From Phoronis australis (lineage: Eukaryota; Animalia; Phoronida), in contig NMRA01000130.1 in the NCBI GenBank assembly GCA_002633005.1, positions 484,969-548,968 of the forward strand: a stretch of DNA of 64,000 nt, given 5' to 3'. A model generated the notes under the pieces. That model had not been told where the DNA came from, did not search any database, and was given only the letters and a program-made list of their open reading frames with translations. A program made the translations under genes and the position numbers. Of this stretch, positions 60,886-64,000 are shown in pieces (positions within the stretch are counted from its first letter, which is position 1; each line of letters starts with the position of its first letter).

Positions 60886-63547
60886 GTCCTTGTTATATTT
60901 CCTTACACTTCACGCTGTTGCTGTTTCATTTTGCTAGCGGCAGCCAAGGGGGGGATGGCGGGTCCCTTGGGCTCCCCCTAAATCCCCTCATGCTCCAACC
61001 GTGTGTACATTTTAGTAGCTCAGACATTCAATAGACACCTACCTTATCATTAAGGCTGTTTAAAAGAATTAATTTGAGGAGCATTGTTTTTTAATCGAGA
61101 GTTGTAGCTATCAAATCGAGCCTAATTTCATTGCTTCATTTTCATATTGTTATTATTGTTCATCAAGTGAGACTCTTGAGGTACAGTTCCATACAGTCAG
61201 ATTTCGTGGCAAAATCCAGTGTCTCGTGTTGCTGATAGCATGGAGTGTATTCTCCAATTGCCCCATTCTTGGTGGACTTTCCCATTTTTTGAAATTTTTC
61301 CGCCATCCCACCTCTCCATCTAAAAGTCAGCTTTTTGACACATAGACAATTTGACAAATTATCTTACGCTACTGCAATTTCCCAGACGACATAGCCATAT
61401 TTTCTCTCTCGACTAAGAAGAAAAAATGGGATGTTTCATGGTTTTTTGCGGCACCTGCAATATCCCATTTAACTACAAAAAAACAACAAAAAATGCTGTC
61501 GGGAATTTTTGGGTATTACATCTCCCGTTCAACAAAATAAATGCTGTTGGTACATCTTTGCAGCAAACATTTCATCCTTATGTTTTGGCTTAGATCCAGA
61601 TGTTTCATTTTTTATCCTGAAGGTCTGCTTTTCAATCCAGTTGCAATGACAGATTTAGAGGGGGGGCAAATTTAGGGGGCCATGGCCCCCTTAAAATTCT
61701 CCCAGATTCCATTAGGCAGTTCGGATGTGCGAATGTCTTATGGGAAAAATCCTGGCTAATATGCTGCCCTGGCCCCCCCCCAACTCAAAATCCTGGATCC
61801 GCCTTGAGTTGTTTCGTTTTTTGTTCTTGAATGCTAACTGTGACAACTATGCAACATGTTTCCAAAATAACATTTTCTCCTTTTTATGAATGTTTTTACT
61901 TACCAGAGTGTACTTCCTTCAGTGACATGACAATCAAAAAATATGTTCTAATGTCTCTCCTTTATGGTAGCATACACTAAATGTAGCAGGGTTACCAACT
62001 TTTACTTTTTGAAGAAAAGAGTTATTTCTAAACTTTTATGGAAAATCTTGCAGTGCAACCAAATTTGTGAGTTATCCACAGTACATTTCAAAGCTCCGTA
62101 ATAGGTGTTTGATCATTTTTTATCAATCAGAAAACCTATATCTGCACATTTCAGATAGATACTTGTAGTAGTTTATCGCAGTTTTTGTAAGTCGTCACTA
62201 CATTCTTAATTTTTACTGTAGAATGTTATTACATCAAACAGCACCAAAGGTCCAATTAATTATAATATAAAAAATCTATGTATAATTTTGGATGAATTCC
62301 TGACTAAATTATCCACAACAAGTGTGAGGGAACCACATTCCAAAACCTTTGTCTTTATATGGTAGAAGTCTTTTGAATCATTGAAATTATTTCCCTAATT
62401 GCTTAACTAGTCATTTTTGTAACCTCTGTGGTTCATTTCCTTTTTTTATGTTACTATTATACATTGTTTTTTCGCAGACGTCTATTATTTACTTTTTCAT
62501 TTTAAAAGTGATCGTTTACCTTACTAATGATCATTTTATTATTTTGAAACTTGTACGCCTGAGAGGCGTACTGTTTTATGACCACAATTATCTCATCCAA
62601 CACCTTCAGCCAAGCCCATGAACAGCTACTAGCCGACTTCAATCCGTGACGGCGCCATCAAGGCTTTGATGTGCTGAGGAATGGAGAAGGTGCATGCTTT
62701 CTCGTCCATTTGCGTCAAAATCCTGTTAGTAAAAGATTTGTTTAATAAAATAGTTGCAAACAATAGCTGCTCAGCGCCACTCGTCATACTCATTAATTAT
62801 ACCATAAAGCTGCAGTAAACATGTCTTCCATAATATTTGATTTTGGGCATTTACTACTATGAATCTGGTCTCAACTTGGTCATCAATCAGTTTTGAGAAG
62901 ATCCATGGGCTTGAGAAATATCGACATGATTCCTTGAGATCACAGGATGTTATTTTATACACCCTAAGCATGGTCGCGTTAGACCAATTTTATAACGGAA
63001 GGTGATATACGACAAAGGTTATTTTTTGTTGACCAAAGACGTGTTTATAACCATTTTATAAAATTTTTTGGGCTTGGTTTGACGTATCAAGCTCTCAGTT
63101 CTTCCTAACTCAACAATGGATAAGGAACAAGGCATGAACGGTAGCTAAGCTGGCCTAATTCAGAACTGAAACATGGGGTCAATGCCGCTTTAGTATTGTC
63201 AAGATGGACAATCTTATTTTGTTTTAAGGCCTTTGCAGTCATAGGGCCATTTTGTAAACCTATGTTTTTCTTGTTCTTGGATACGAGTTAACATTCCTAT
63301 TGTACACAATAATACCATAATCACAGTGGCGGATCTAGGATATCATAAGAGGGGGGCCCAACATTTTGTCCGGCTGTAAGCATTTTCGCAAACCATGATT
63401 GTAGATGCGCATTAAACACCAAATGGGGGGAGGAAATTGTTCTGTTTTTTCCTCTAAAAATCAAGCATTTTCCTTGATTCCTGAAGTATTATCCAAGAAA
63501 AAAAGACAAAAAAACACGGAGAACGTGTCAAACAGGAAAAACTGCAA

Positions 63548-63614
63548 GTACCACAGACTTGAACTCATGACCTGGCGGATGAGCGCGCATGTTTTACCAC
63601 TACACCACCACGAC
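63548..63614 (-). mobile_element. tRNA-derived SINE head
   Basis: Minus strand gtcgtggtggtgtagtggtaaaac...gagttcaagtc has A-box and B-box motifs; anticodon arm and acceptor stem not intact. Confidence 0.5.
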
Positions 63615-64000
63615 TTAACTAGTAATGTTATACTTAGAGACCTACTTGTTTATGGTCCACAGCGTTTGCGCGCAAAACCTACTTCTTTTTGTAATGATTG
63701 TTACATGTTTTATATTTTGTGCAATCGGTTTTTAACAAATTTGTTGTATTTAAAATAGTCTTCAAATGCCCAAAAGACCAAATCCATTTTTCGTGTTGGC
63801 AGTAATGACGGAATTGCTTTGGAAATCGTCTAAAGTTAAGGTTTGACATAGAGAATTATGAGTTTCTGAGTGATTCACTAAGGCTTCGATTAAAATTCAC
63901 ATCTTACCAGCAGCTTCTGTTTTTTCATCGTCACTCAGGTTCCATTTTCTTTAAAAAATGAAGTAAATTTTCTTCATTGCACAGTGAAGCAGACGACGGA

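Noticed and set aside
1963-63758. Remaining 60-150 aa ORFs in the supplied track
   Set aside because: They are antisense or off-frame shadows of the real exons, or random ORFs in repeats and introns; no recognisable domains.

Overview
Intron-rich, AT-rich animal genomic DNA; the repeat landscape suggests a marine invertebrate, possibly a deuterostome, but that is inference. Two spliced genes were reconstructed by hand from GT-AG boundaries with consistent phases. (1) The 3' part of a NAB (NGFI-A/EGR-binding corepressor) gene lies on +, with 8 exons from 3645 to 14895; the NCD1 exon(s) are not in the window. (2) A complete STAT5-like gene lies on -, with 17 coding exons from 47656 down to 22456 (2400 nt, 799 aa plus stop). 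The genes are tail-to-tail, like human NAB2/STAT6. Introns and flanks hold many non-autonomous DNA transposons (Kolobok-, Harbinger-, Tc1/mariner-, hAT- and Helentron-like), decayed piggyBac and Penelope fragments, tRNA-derived SINE heads and minisatellites. The most unusual feature is a 58-bp tandem array that copies the end of a STAT exon with its splice donor 8 times, behind an in-frame stop. Also notable are an altered SH2 phosphotyrosine loop and a cluster of GAS (STAT) sites in a putative bidirectional promoter near 58 kb. Most ORFs in the supplied track are exon fragments or noise. I cannot demonstrate a wholly new biological system from the sequence alone.
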